The position numbers and the translations under genes are program-made. A stretch of DNA of 64,000 nt, taken from positions 23,864,950 through 23,928,949 of the forward strand of contig NC_134029.1 of assembly GCF_964204645.1 (NCBI RefSeq), given 5' to 3'. This document shows positions 53,692-64,000 of this stretch, one piece after another. Source of the stretch: Tubulanus polymorphus (taxonomy: Eukaryota; Animalia; Nemertea). Every line of letters starts with the position of its first letter. The first letter of the stretch is position 1. A model generated the notes under the pieces. It saw only the letters and a list, made by a program, of their open reading frames with translations. It did no database searches and was not told the DNA's origin.

Positions 53692-54781
53692 CTTCAAAAT
53701 GAAAATCCCTGAGATAGGAGCGTGCTGCTTTGGATTATTTACTTATTTTTTTAATTGATAAACTGATATTTACTTGGAAAACTTACTTAGTGACAGTTTG
53801 CTGTGTTGGTGATCAGCATTTGTATTTTTTTTGTTAACAATATTTTTAAAAATCTCATTTTCAGTGAAATACAGATTTTATTGTAAAACATTAGTTTGTT
53901 GTTGGTCAGACTGGTCCATGCTGGGCTAACCAGGATACAAGAGAGTCTTTACTTTTGCAGCGAGAGATACAAAAACAAAGAAACTCCATCGACAATCTCA
54001 TCTTTTTATGAAACTCTTTCTGTGTTTTATTCTTGCGATCTACTTCTTTGTTTCAACCGAAAAAAATAATCCCACCAACTGGTCTGCCGACAAGCTTAGA
54101 TGGGATTATATCAACAGCACAAAACCATGTTCCGACGCTGCACATTATACTGGGCCCGTTGACATTCAACTCGCAACTGGCAACTACTAAAGCAACTGGC
54201 AATGTCGTCTCAGGGCTTCCATAGATGAAACCCTGGCAAGTGAAGAAGATTACCCTAATGTCACCGCTTCACTGGCGCTTTATTTGGGATTCGAACCTCA
54301 TTCTTATCTACAAGTGGATGATCACTGCACCTTGTGAATAAGTCACTCCTATTCTCGATAGCGCTGATTGTATGGAGGAAATTTCTGATTGAACTCGTCT
54401 GACAGCTGGAACTGATTCCGAATTTAGTGACTACTAGACATTCTTTATTTTTCAAAAGTTAGTAAGCTTTAATCAATAGTTCATGATGCCCTATTTGCGG
54501 ATTTGTTTTACGTGAAATCGATTTTGAAGCGAATTCACGTAAAACAGCACGAACGGCCTAGTTTCAATGCAATGAACCAGAGGATGGTCGTGCATTTTTG
54601 TATACAATTAATTTTATTGAAGCTAAATCTAATATAATATAAGCTTGTTGATTAACAAAAGATGGATATTTAATCTTTTTTTGTGTATACCACGTCCTAC
54701 ACCACGTCTTTAATGAACAAAAATGGTAATGTCTTATAGTCGAGTCATTATTGGCCAAGTTTAGTTTGGTAAGAAAGATTC

Positions 54782-54913
54782 CAGGATCTGGTTTCACACA
54801 AATCACAGACAGTGACAGTCGCGTGTTAGTATTGAGTTAACTCTGAGTTAAAATAAGTTCATTTTCAATGTATTAACTAAGAGGAGTCAAATCTGAACTG
54901 TGGAACTGGGTCC
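54782..54913. mobile_element. MITE-like element, same TIR family as 7319-7407
   Basis: Termini CAGGATCTGGTTTCACA and AACTGTGGAACTGGGTCC. Confidence 0.55.
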
Positions 54914-55418
54914 GACCATTATTACACGGGTTTTCAGAACTCTGATTTAAACACTTATAACATCCTAACCAAGAAGAAATGAAATCCTATTCCAGATTGT
55001 AGATCTTTACCTTCCATTAGCGGTAACCAGTTAAAAACATTAGGATTGATTCTGATATCTTGCAATGTGCCTCTGGCCTCATTTGATTTGCTTGTATTCC
55101 TTTCTAACCGATGGAAAAACAACTTTGGTTGCATTTTTGTGGCGCACAATTATAAATTAGTTTAAGCCAGTGGTACGTATCCTTGACGCTTTGTTTTAAT
55201 AAATTCGTATTCACTGCGCTGATTTTGGATGAACATGAAATGATGATGACAGAACTTGGAAGGTTTTTATTCATCAAAAGGTAAGATATTCCATTAGTTC
55301 GTTTTTATTTGCAAATTTGAAGTTGTTTTTCCGTTTCGAGTTAGGCCTAATACAATTTGCCAAGATTTTGAGTAAATTTTGGGATAAAATTTATTTCTGT
55401 GGTGTTTTTGTTTTTCAG

Positions 55419-56155
55419 ATGATTCGACGATTGCCGAAGAAGACCGCCATTTATGATATTCTTCATAAAACCGTTGTAACGTCTCTGATCGGAATTACCG
55501 TGATTGGAACCGGGGCTCTAGTCTTCCGCGCTTATAAATTTTTCACAGGTAAGCTCATTGTTTTCAGAACTGTCTGGTTCTGTAGTTCATGTAGTAGCTG
55601 TTTCAATTTCGATTAGATAAAGGTGTGAGGTGTGATGTCCTGGGGCTGGTTCCATAGTCGGAACTTAGACATTAGACCAGTCTAAGACCATCTTAGTTTT
55701 AAAGCCAATCAAACAATTTATCAGTCTTTAGATCAGTCTTTAGATTTAAGGCGACCACTTTAAGTCACGACTTTAAATGTCTTGAGAGACTAATGACTCG
55801 GTCCAGAGCTCCAGTCAGATTCGGCCAATATTCAACCAGGTTGAATATTGGCCGGATCTGACTGGAGCTGATGTTGTATCGCGATGATGCTGTTCTGACT
55901 GGAGCTGATGTTGTATTGCGATGATGCTGTTCTGACTGGAGCTGATGTTGTATCGCGATGATGCTGTTCTGACTGGAGCTGATGTTGTATCGCGATGATG
56001 CTGTTCTGATATTCTAATTTGTTGTTTTAGTTTCACGACCGGCGTTGAGAGAACGAAAGCAAATGATCGCCGAGGAAAAACTAACGCAAAAACAAATAGA
56101 ACGAGAAGCGGAACTTTTAATGCAACAAAATGAGGCTGAAAATCTACGCGGATAA
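55419..56155 (+). CDS. COX14: Small single-TM protein, COX14-like cytochrome c oxidase assembly factor; 2 coding exons
   Basis: Exons 55419-55548 and 56031-56155 give MIRRLPKKTAIYDILHKTVVTSLIGITVIGTGALVFRAYKFFTVSRPALRERKQ.., with the D-x-x-H-K/R-x-x-V-x-x-L-x-x-x-T pattern of the COX14 family. A 5'UTR donor lies at 55281. Confidence 0.7.
55640..55806. mobile_element. MITE-like element related to 29837-29964
   Basis: Starts CTGGGGCTGGTTCCATAGTC and shares the core and TTAAG(T/C)CACGACT with the 29.9-kb copy. Confidence 0.5.
55857..56009. repeat. Minisatellite, 4 x 37 bp, in COX14-like intron
   Basis: TCTGACTGGAGCTGATGTTGTATCGCGATGATGCTGT at 55857, 55894, 55931 and 55968. Confidence 0.95.
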
Positions 56156-56784
56156 TTCGAAAATATCACGGGTTAAAAAAGACTTGAAAATCGTTATTGT
56201 AGGATTTAACATCGTGTGGATTAATGAATAGCTTGAAAAAAGTTGTAAATTATGTGTGAATAGTTATAAGTATTTGATCAATGATTATTGATTTATTAAT
56301 AAAAGCACCTGTCTGCTGAGATTCTGCATTTCTTAAGTTTATTTTTTCACTCTCTACGATTTGACGTGAAATGAGGAATTCATGAATTGTAGGATCGAAC
56401 CTGAAATATTACACGTGATGTCATAGTTTGTTTGACTGTGCATGATAACAATAACACACCTGAATACGGCTACTATTTGAGAGAAGTTACTACTCCTCTT
56501 TTAAGAGCACAACTAGTCCAGAAAATATTAAAATACTCTCAAAATCAGAATTATTTCTAGTTCAATTTCAATAAAACTTGCCATTTTTTATATTAAATTT
56601 CTCTAATTTTTGATGAATATTACTTGTACTGCAATTAGAGATTTCAGGTTGTTTGGTCTACAATAATATGTGGATTTACATACATACTCTCATTCTAAAA
56701 TGGCATCGTAATACTTGTAGTTGAACCAGAATGATATGTTTCTATAGGCAGTGAATTCTCTAACTTACAGACATTCAATAAACT

Positions 56785-58631
56785 ATGGCCGAACTAGACG
56801 CGATCAAAACAATTGATGAAATCCAAAAACTGACGGAAAATACGCAACGCTTGGATGTGGCGAAGTTATTCGATCTCGATGATGCAAACCGGACTGATGC
56901 TTATTGGATGAAGTTAATTCGATGTTTGATTAAATTGACTGAAATTCCGAAGTTTAAAAGCGACGATAGGGAATACGACAGGGATGACTTTATCGATGTT
57001 CCCGAGAAAAGTGTTTCCAGTTTCGAACTGATTCTCGTAGTCATGGATAAGTACAAGCAGTATTCATCAACCAACAATGTTTATCAGAATCGTACAAATC
57101 TGAATCAAATTCTGCCGGAATTATTAGTGTTTTGTGCTGTACATTCAGATATGAGATTCCTCTGGACGAATGAGTCGGCTGTGGAACTGTCTCAGAAACT
57201 GGAATCAACTCTCTGTGAGATTCAACGCGTAGATTCTATTGAGAATCTGTTGATGAAAAGTATCGAAGGTTCTGATACTGTGTATGGCCTTATAAATACT
57301 TTATTAAAACCATCACTGACGAAATTAAACTGGAAGAAAAATCCATCCGTGAAACACGTATTTTATCATTACCTACTGAAGGTTCGTCAGTTGAGTGAAT
57401 ATTTAGATTTTCTGCTACCGGTTTCATTAATGATGATCGATGATTATAGATCGGAAAATAAAGTTCTCGGAATCAACAGTTTGAGTCACATCGTTAAAAA
57501 CAGTTCTAAAGCCGAGCTCGGTTGGTACGGACGCGTCGACGTTATTTACGACGCTTTGCGACATCAGATGTATACTCACGAACCACTGGTTGTTAACGCT
57601 CTTCATCCGTGTTTACTCGATGTGTTAGCCGTCGTCGAACCATCGCCGAAAGAACCAAAAAATCAAGCGCGGAAATGGTGCCGGTAAGTGTAAAAACGGT
57701 TCAATTGATTCATTAAATAGAAATCCCTGCACACTAAGAATGAAAAGAGAATCCAAATGTCTCCTTGAGCTAGTACTAATTTGACATACCGGTATCAACT
57801 ATATCCTGATTTTCATCTTTAGGAATACAAATGTTGTGACAAAATACAGTCCAGAACAAAGAGACTAATTTAGTACCCGGTAATAAGATGTGATACAAAC
57901 TAGGAATGATTTGCGAACCCATGGACACTTTTCGGACTTATTGTTCATTGTTAGTGTGCTACAGCATGGATTCAGAGTGATTCATATAGTTTACATGTTT
58001 GATATATTTTTAGGTACGACGATGTATTTGAACAGTTTATGCAAGATATGCGTTTCGAGAATAAGATTATACTGCGTAGAATGTACAGCGAATACCTAGG
58101 ATTATATATTGAACGTATGGGTATAACAGTTACCAAACATACAACACACCTGACACAGGTAAAATACTCTGATTTCATTGAACTGATTTTAAACTATAGT
58201 TTTAACGTGCTGATCTGTGAAATGATTTCTTCTTCTAGGTGATCACCGATTACCTGGAGCAATTTGACGGATATGAAGAGATCGCCAGATTCAATATTCT
58301 TTCCTGTTTGAAATCTTATATTCGTCATTGTTGGCCGGTTCTCGATTGTCGGCAGACGGCGACCATCGCGAAATCGTTGTTACAGTTTGTGTTTGATTTG
58401 TCGGTCGATTCGTCGCTTACGTCGTCAGAAACTAAGAGGGATTTAGCTTCGCGAGCCGCGGAATGTTTATCGTCGCTCGATCGCGCTAGCTGCGGAAAAG
58501 TTCGTGAACTTTTTACCGAATTGAAAACTGTGACGGATATGAATGAAATGTGCAAAACTTTCATTAATTCAGTTTTTACTACGAATTCAAAACAAAATGG
58601 ACGCAGTGAGAAAAAGGCTATAGATATCTGA
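56785..58631 (+). CDS. TTI2: TELO2-interacting protein 2 (TTT complex); 3 coding exons
   Basis: WKKNPSVKHVF..LLPVSLMMIDDYRSENKVLG..YGRVDVIYDAL..LHPCLLD matches recalled TTI2. Exons 56785-57683, 58014-58158 and 58239-58631. Confidence 0.9.
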
Positions 58632-58986
58632 GCATTTATTTTTAAAAACTCCTCTACAGAAATTTCATTGAAATAAAAATGGTTTTTATATTTTAATGAT
58701 GATGTCGTTCAGTGCTTCAGTTTGTAATTATTTTATCTACTTTTTTTTCGCGAATAAGGTATTTAGTAGTGCAGGTGATTCTTGCCTTTGGTTTCAATAA
58801 CATGTCATTCAATTCATCCAGTGAATTTCTATTTTATCTCTTGTTAAGTTCAGCTCTAAAAGCTCCATTACAGTTTTTCCTGTAGTCTGGTAGGAGGGCT
58901 GTGGGTCTTTCCAAAAATAAGCATTCAATACAAGTAACATTTGGTGGAAATAACCGGATATTTTGTTGTTGTTACAGTTTTAAGAG

Positions 58987-61900
58987 ATGTTCGATGAAGA
59001 GGCGTCTGCTATGAAACAGTTACCGGCATCAACTGTTCGTCTGATAACCAGTACGCAGGTTATAACCTCAGTTTACAGCGTTATTAAAGAACTCATTGAA
59101 AACTCACTTGATGCCGGAGCCACAAATATTGAAATCAAACTCGTAAGTTGACGATTTTCAAACTTGCTCTCTTGAATTCATGCTATTCACTGCTTAAAGA
59201 TCAAGTGTAGCCTATTCATCAAAATGCTTATTATGATCTCATTCAGTAGTTAACTTACCCATATATATATCAGTAAAACATTTTGGGGATTTCAGATGTT
59301 AGCACTTGCTTGTTCCCTGATTCACAAAAATTACCGTTATCTAGCAATATTGTCACCGTTTCTCTTTTTGGGAGTATCTGTGACACATAAACCACACACC
59401 TTTATTCATAGGATGTCAAATCACATGTATCAATGCGAATTACAAGATAAACATACCACTGGTACTACAAAGTATTCTTGAATAATCGTCTTCGTGGGAG
59501 AGAATGAAAAATTCCCATATTCAAAAAGTCACAGAAGGGTCTGGGTTGAGGAGTATTCATGTTTCACTATCTGTATCTATAGGAGAATTATGGACTCGAT
59601 AAGATTGAGTTAAGAGATAACGGATCCGGAATAAAGAGAACCGACACTAAATGGATGGCGCAGCCGCATTATACGTCTAAAATAACTGATCATAATGATC
59701 TGGATAAACTACTGACGTATGGATTTCGAGGAGAGGCTCTTGGTAAGAGCACGTACACCACATGAGGAGTCTCTACTGATCCGTGTTTTTGGTATCGATG
59801 TTTACATGATTTATTTACAGGTGCTTTAAGTGCTGTATGCGAACTGGTTATAACTACTAAAACAACCGATGATGATCTGGGAATGACTTATACTTTAGAT
59901 AAAACTGGGCAAGTAAAATCATCGAAACCCTCCTGTCTAGGTGAAGGTATGACTCCCAATTGGTTCCCTAATGTCAGGTTTTATAAGGCTAAAAAAAATG
60001 GATACCTTGTTTCTCCGCTCTGCTGAGCTTAAATGTTGACCCGGCCGGCCGCCTATCTACCCTATACATTACTTTTTTTAAAATCGTGATCAATTTTACC
60101 ATAACAGACCCGGCCGCTATAGAAATGAACTGTTTATAAATTTTATCATATTTTACAAAAATAACCCGGCCGCTGCGGAGAAACAAGGTATCATTTTTGT
60201 TTAGCCTAAGTATGGTTAGTTATGATTGAATTCGAATACTGAATGTGTTTGTTGTGTTTTCGTTCACACAGGTACAACTGTCACAGTGAACAACCTGTTT
60301 AAAAATCTACCGGTGCGAAAACAGTTCTACAGCACGGCGAAGAAAAAGAAAGAGGAATTGAAGAAAGTAGAAGATGTTATCATGGCGTTCGGTATAATTC
60401 ATCCCGGTATTCGGTTTTGGGTACGACACAATAAAGAGACGATCTGGCAGAAAGGATTCCAAACCAATCATCGGAATGTTCTCATGGGAATACTCGGTAT
60501 CAACGCTGTAAATAGCCTTCAATACGAATCATTATCAAATAAACAGGTCAGAGAACCTTATCATCAATTAGTGATCTGTATTTTGTTGTATGTGTTTCAA
60601 TAGTTTTCACCGGTGTTTTGGAATTATTTTCAGAATATGACGATAGAAGCGTTTCTACCCAGTAAAGATTCATCTTCGCAAGTAACGAGTCGAGCTGTAA
60701 ACGATAGGATGTTTTGTTACATCAACAAAAGGCCTGTTACTGTAAAACAAGTTGAAAAGGTACCTTCATTAGAAGCTTAGAAATTCCCTTAGGCAGGTTT
60801 CGATTGAATGTATTCCAGTTTCAGAGTATCCATTACAAACCCTCTACTGACCGCTTCTATCAGGTTTACAGATTATGCTGTTCTGGAATAGAAAAATAGA
60901 TATTCTGGTCGAAACAAACGAGTCAGTAGAGAATTCCGGAATCGTGGTATAGAGACCGTCAATCGAAACCTGCCTTAATTCGTCGTTCAGATGAAATTTG
61001 ATTATGAATCGTTTGTTTGTTTTGTAGTTATTGAAGCAGTACTACGTGCACGGCATGCGATGTGAAAATAATCGACATCCGATTGGGTTTATTAGCATAA
61101 CTGTGCCACCAGAGGGCGTTGATGTCAACCTCGATCCTAATAAACAAACTGTGTTACTGCATGATCAGGTATATTCACTATTCATACATTCGTATTCGAC
61201 AAACTTTCTCAGTCTGCAAGCTGTTTATCCATTTTTTCCTGCAGGAAAAGGTTTGTGATTTACTGGAGAAGATCCTCCTAAAAGTTTACGGTCCCCTAAA
61301 GAAGCCTGAAGAGGATAAGAATCTTGATAAATTACACGGCGTGAGTTGTTTGGATGATACAATAGAGGGCAGTACCGCCAGTGAATCAGAGTGCGATTCA
61401 TTCAGTAATAAAACTGACAAACGTCCTAGGAATGATAGGCGTGAATTTCAGATACCCAAATCCCGGAACCGTGCAGATTTCTCTGCTCCGAAGAATTTGG
61501 AAGTTGCTGAAAATAGTTTAGAAGATAAGAACGATACTATTTCATTGATCAATGAAAGCAATAACAATAATTTACGTTCATCAGAGCAAACCGTACACCC
61601 AGAACTCGATGCTGAATCTTGCCCTGATATTTTCGCTGATGGGTTTTTCGATGATTGGGAGCCGTCTTTGAGTTTTGATCGTTTAAAAACCGACGACAAT
61701 ACATCGAGTACCGGTATTACTGATACCGGTGGAAATAATACTGATAGGAGTTTACACATAAACCAGAATGAAAATAATCAAAGTTTGTTATCGAAAGAAT
61801 TACCCACAATGGAGAATACAGGACGTGCAAGTCAAAACTTGACTACACCACCGCTGATAATAGTGAATCATCATTCAGAGGACAGCGATCGCTCAGATCC

Positions 61901-63906
61901 TGCACCAGTCAATATCGTACAATCATCTCGCATTAACCCATCATCTCCTGTATCAAATAATTTGAGTGTTTTAACACCAGAAAATTCAGGAGCATCGAAC
62001 ACGTTTAATGTAACAGCAGAAACTTCATCTACAGTGTTTGACAAATCCTGGAGCACCGGGCGTGTATTAGATAAATCAGTTCAGCCGGTTAAACTGTTGA
62101 CACCTGGATATATTCCTCTAAAAAACCAAACGTATCTCTCACCGTCTGGGTCGTGTATAACTCCTACGCCGTCGTCAGGCGAGAATAATCGGTCTAAAAA
62201 ACAGACGAAATCCGCGTCTTCTGCGAAACGGAAATCATTATGGGACAATTCAACGAATCAGAGCAAATTATTCGATGTAATTCGTGAGAAGCCGAATAGA
62301 AAACCTCTGACAGCATTTGAGATATACGTGAAAGAGAACAAACAAAGAGGTAAACCGATTGGTTAACACGGTTTCAGTGTAAAACTTCTGTTTCAGATTA
62401 AAGTCTTATTTATACGTATTGTCTTTTTAGCACTGGCAGAAAATCCTGAAATCGGCGATGATGATGATTGTTCGTTGATTAAGATGATGGAAGACGAATG
62501 GAGGATATTGTCTGCTGATGATCGATTTGAGTTTGAAGCCAAAGAAATTAAAGAACGAGAAATGTATGAAGATGAAAACATCTATTCATAGTTAGTTATC
62601 TAGAAATAACGTATTTCTGTAGATTAGTGTTTGATTGCAGGTTTTGGAAGCGGTCGATGGAAATTAAGAAACCCGAAATCAGAGAACGGGAAAAATCACC
62701 GGGGATAGACTATCATATAGTGAAAAAACGAAGAGTGGAAGATGTTGAGATTCCTTCGAAGTCATCAGCGTCATATCTGTCAGAAAAACCGATCCAGTTT
62801 TCGATGAACGACTTGAGAAGAAAATTCAAAATAGGTTTATGCAGTCAATATACTCAGAGGTAACTCGTTTTGGACTTGAATAAAGGCTGTCATTCTTTAA
62901 TAAGTATTACCCAGTGATTATAATGAGTGAAAATTATTCCAGCCGATGTATCGACAAACAGCCGGGTCGGAGTGAACCAATCGGCGATCTGAAATCAGTG
63001 AATTTATGGGCAGTTAGTCACGGTGATGAAGTATTCGTTATAAACCATTGGCGCGTTCAAGAAACGATCACTTTTCAACATCTTCTGCTCAACCACAAAA
63101 TAGTTGCAGACGTCCTCCTTGATCCTATAACATTAGTGAAAAGGTAAACATTCAAACTCGGTAACTGTCGTCATCGGATAAGTCATTACTGAAGTCATCT
63201 CTTTCTTGAGTCCCAATTTGTATTTTCAATTCAATTAACTAGCTATTACTTTTATAGAATGTATGGTGATAAGCCGATATTATGGGATACATTGTGTTCA
63301 CTTCCGTGTCGTTTGTTACCCGGGAAACCGTGGCCGATGCTGATCGATGACCGGTTGACGAATAATGGATTCATTATTCACAAAATATCCGGTAAATGAA
63401 AAAAAATCGAAGAAAACTACGTCCAATGATAGGTTTTAAATCTAGAAAATACGTATTGTCATTATTACAGGAAGCGGTTGTGCGAGTGATGTAGAAACTA
63501 CTTTTCAGATTACATCAACTGCTGGCTGTATTCCCGGTTACGGCGTCAATGATCTAAATTCAATTCTTGAAGCGATCAATCGTTCAGAATCATCCACTGG
63601 TTCGCAGTGTAGACCTCCGAAAGTTATTGAATATCTAAAGGTGAATGAACTTCTGTGATCCGTATATTCTTAGAAAATTAAATCGGTTGTATTGTTAAGT
63701 TAATAAATCTGCGTATATTTCAGAGTGAAGCAGTAAGAATGGCCCGCCAGTTACCAAAACATTTAAGCAGAGAAGATGTGCGAACATTAATACACGAAAT
63801 GGATTCTGTTTTGCCGGCAGGAGTTAATAAATGCCTTCATGATAAACCATTATATCAACAAATGTATGACATGTCTAATATCCCGATGTCTCAAGTGCCA
63901 AAATAA
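58987..63906 (+). CDS. PMS1: MutL-family mismatch repair protein PMS1 (HMG-box type); multi-exon
   Basis: [72 protein letters not shown] and [11 protein letters not shown] box start [11 protein letters not shown]. No DQHA endonuclease motif, as expected for PMS1 rather than PMS2. Stop TAA at 63904-63906. Confidence 0.95.
59987..60206. mobile_element. PIF/Harbinger-type MITE, TAA target-site duplication
   Basis: TAA|GGCTAAAAAAAATGGATACCTTGTTTCTCCGC ... GCGGAGAAACAAGGTATCATTTTTGTTTAGCC|TAA. Confidence 0.85.
60792..60974. mobile_element. PIF/Harbinger-type MITE, TTA target-site duplication
   Basis: TTA|GGCAGGTTTCGATTGA ... TCAATCGAAACCTGCC|TTA, with an inner inverted pair CTCTACTGAC/GTCAGTAGAG. 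Confidence 0.85.
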
Positions 63907-64000
63907 AAACCTCATATTTTTACACCTTCAATAAGTCTTGTAGTATCTACCCCAGTCATTCCTGGATATAAGTAGTTAATTCAAGGAGCTTTAGGCCTGA

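Noticed and set aside
55815-56036. 73-aa repetitive ORF
   Set aside because: Translation of the 37-bp intronic minisatellite.
57993-58010. miR-190-like sequence (ATGTTTGATATATTT)
   Set aside because: Only a partial match lacking the 5' seed; it lies in a splice-acceptor tract with no hairpin.
58987-63906. PMS2 or MLH1 assignment
   Set aside because: The N-terminus, the HMG box and the absence of the DQHA(X)2E motif indicate PMS1.

Overview
This is eukaryotic DNA: an AT-rich, gene-dense, compact animal genome with short GT-AG introns. The gene content (kinesin-C/KCBP-type motor, PMS1, tandem TMEM272-like genes) suggests a non-insect marine invertebrate, but that is inference. About 15 protein-coding genes can be assembled by eye: the 3' end of a death-domain gene; a roughly 28-exon calmodulin-binding-type kinesin-14 with a GT32-like glycosyltransferase nested antisense in one intron; SMU1; ODF3/CIMAP1-like; two TMEM272-like paralogues; a BTB-BACK-Kelch gene; SPAG8-like; NAT8-like; NAA10; ASAH1; METTL25B; COX14-like; TTI2; and PMS1. 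Non-coding features include many MITE-like inverted repeats, two minisatellites and several head-to-head promoters. Best leads: (1) NAA10 and NAT8-like ORFs only 79 bp apart, possibly bicistronic; (2) an unannotated spliced + strand transcript with small ORFs at 38.3-43.6 kb; (3) the nested GT32 gene with a DxN instead of DxD motif; (4) a FAM13/Sld2-like module in the kinesin stalk; (5) a Kelch protein ending in a CaaX box; (6) hammerhead-like cores in an intronic hairpin; (7) a higher-order minisatellite. No prokaryotic-type system (CRISPR etc.) is supported. All family assignments come from recalled motifs, not database searches, and exon coordinates were read manually and may be off by a few bases.
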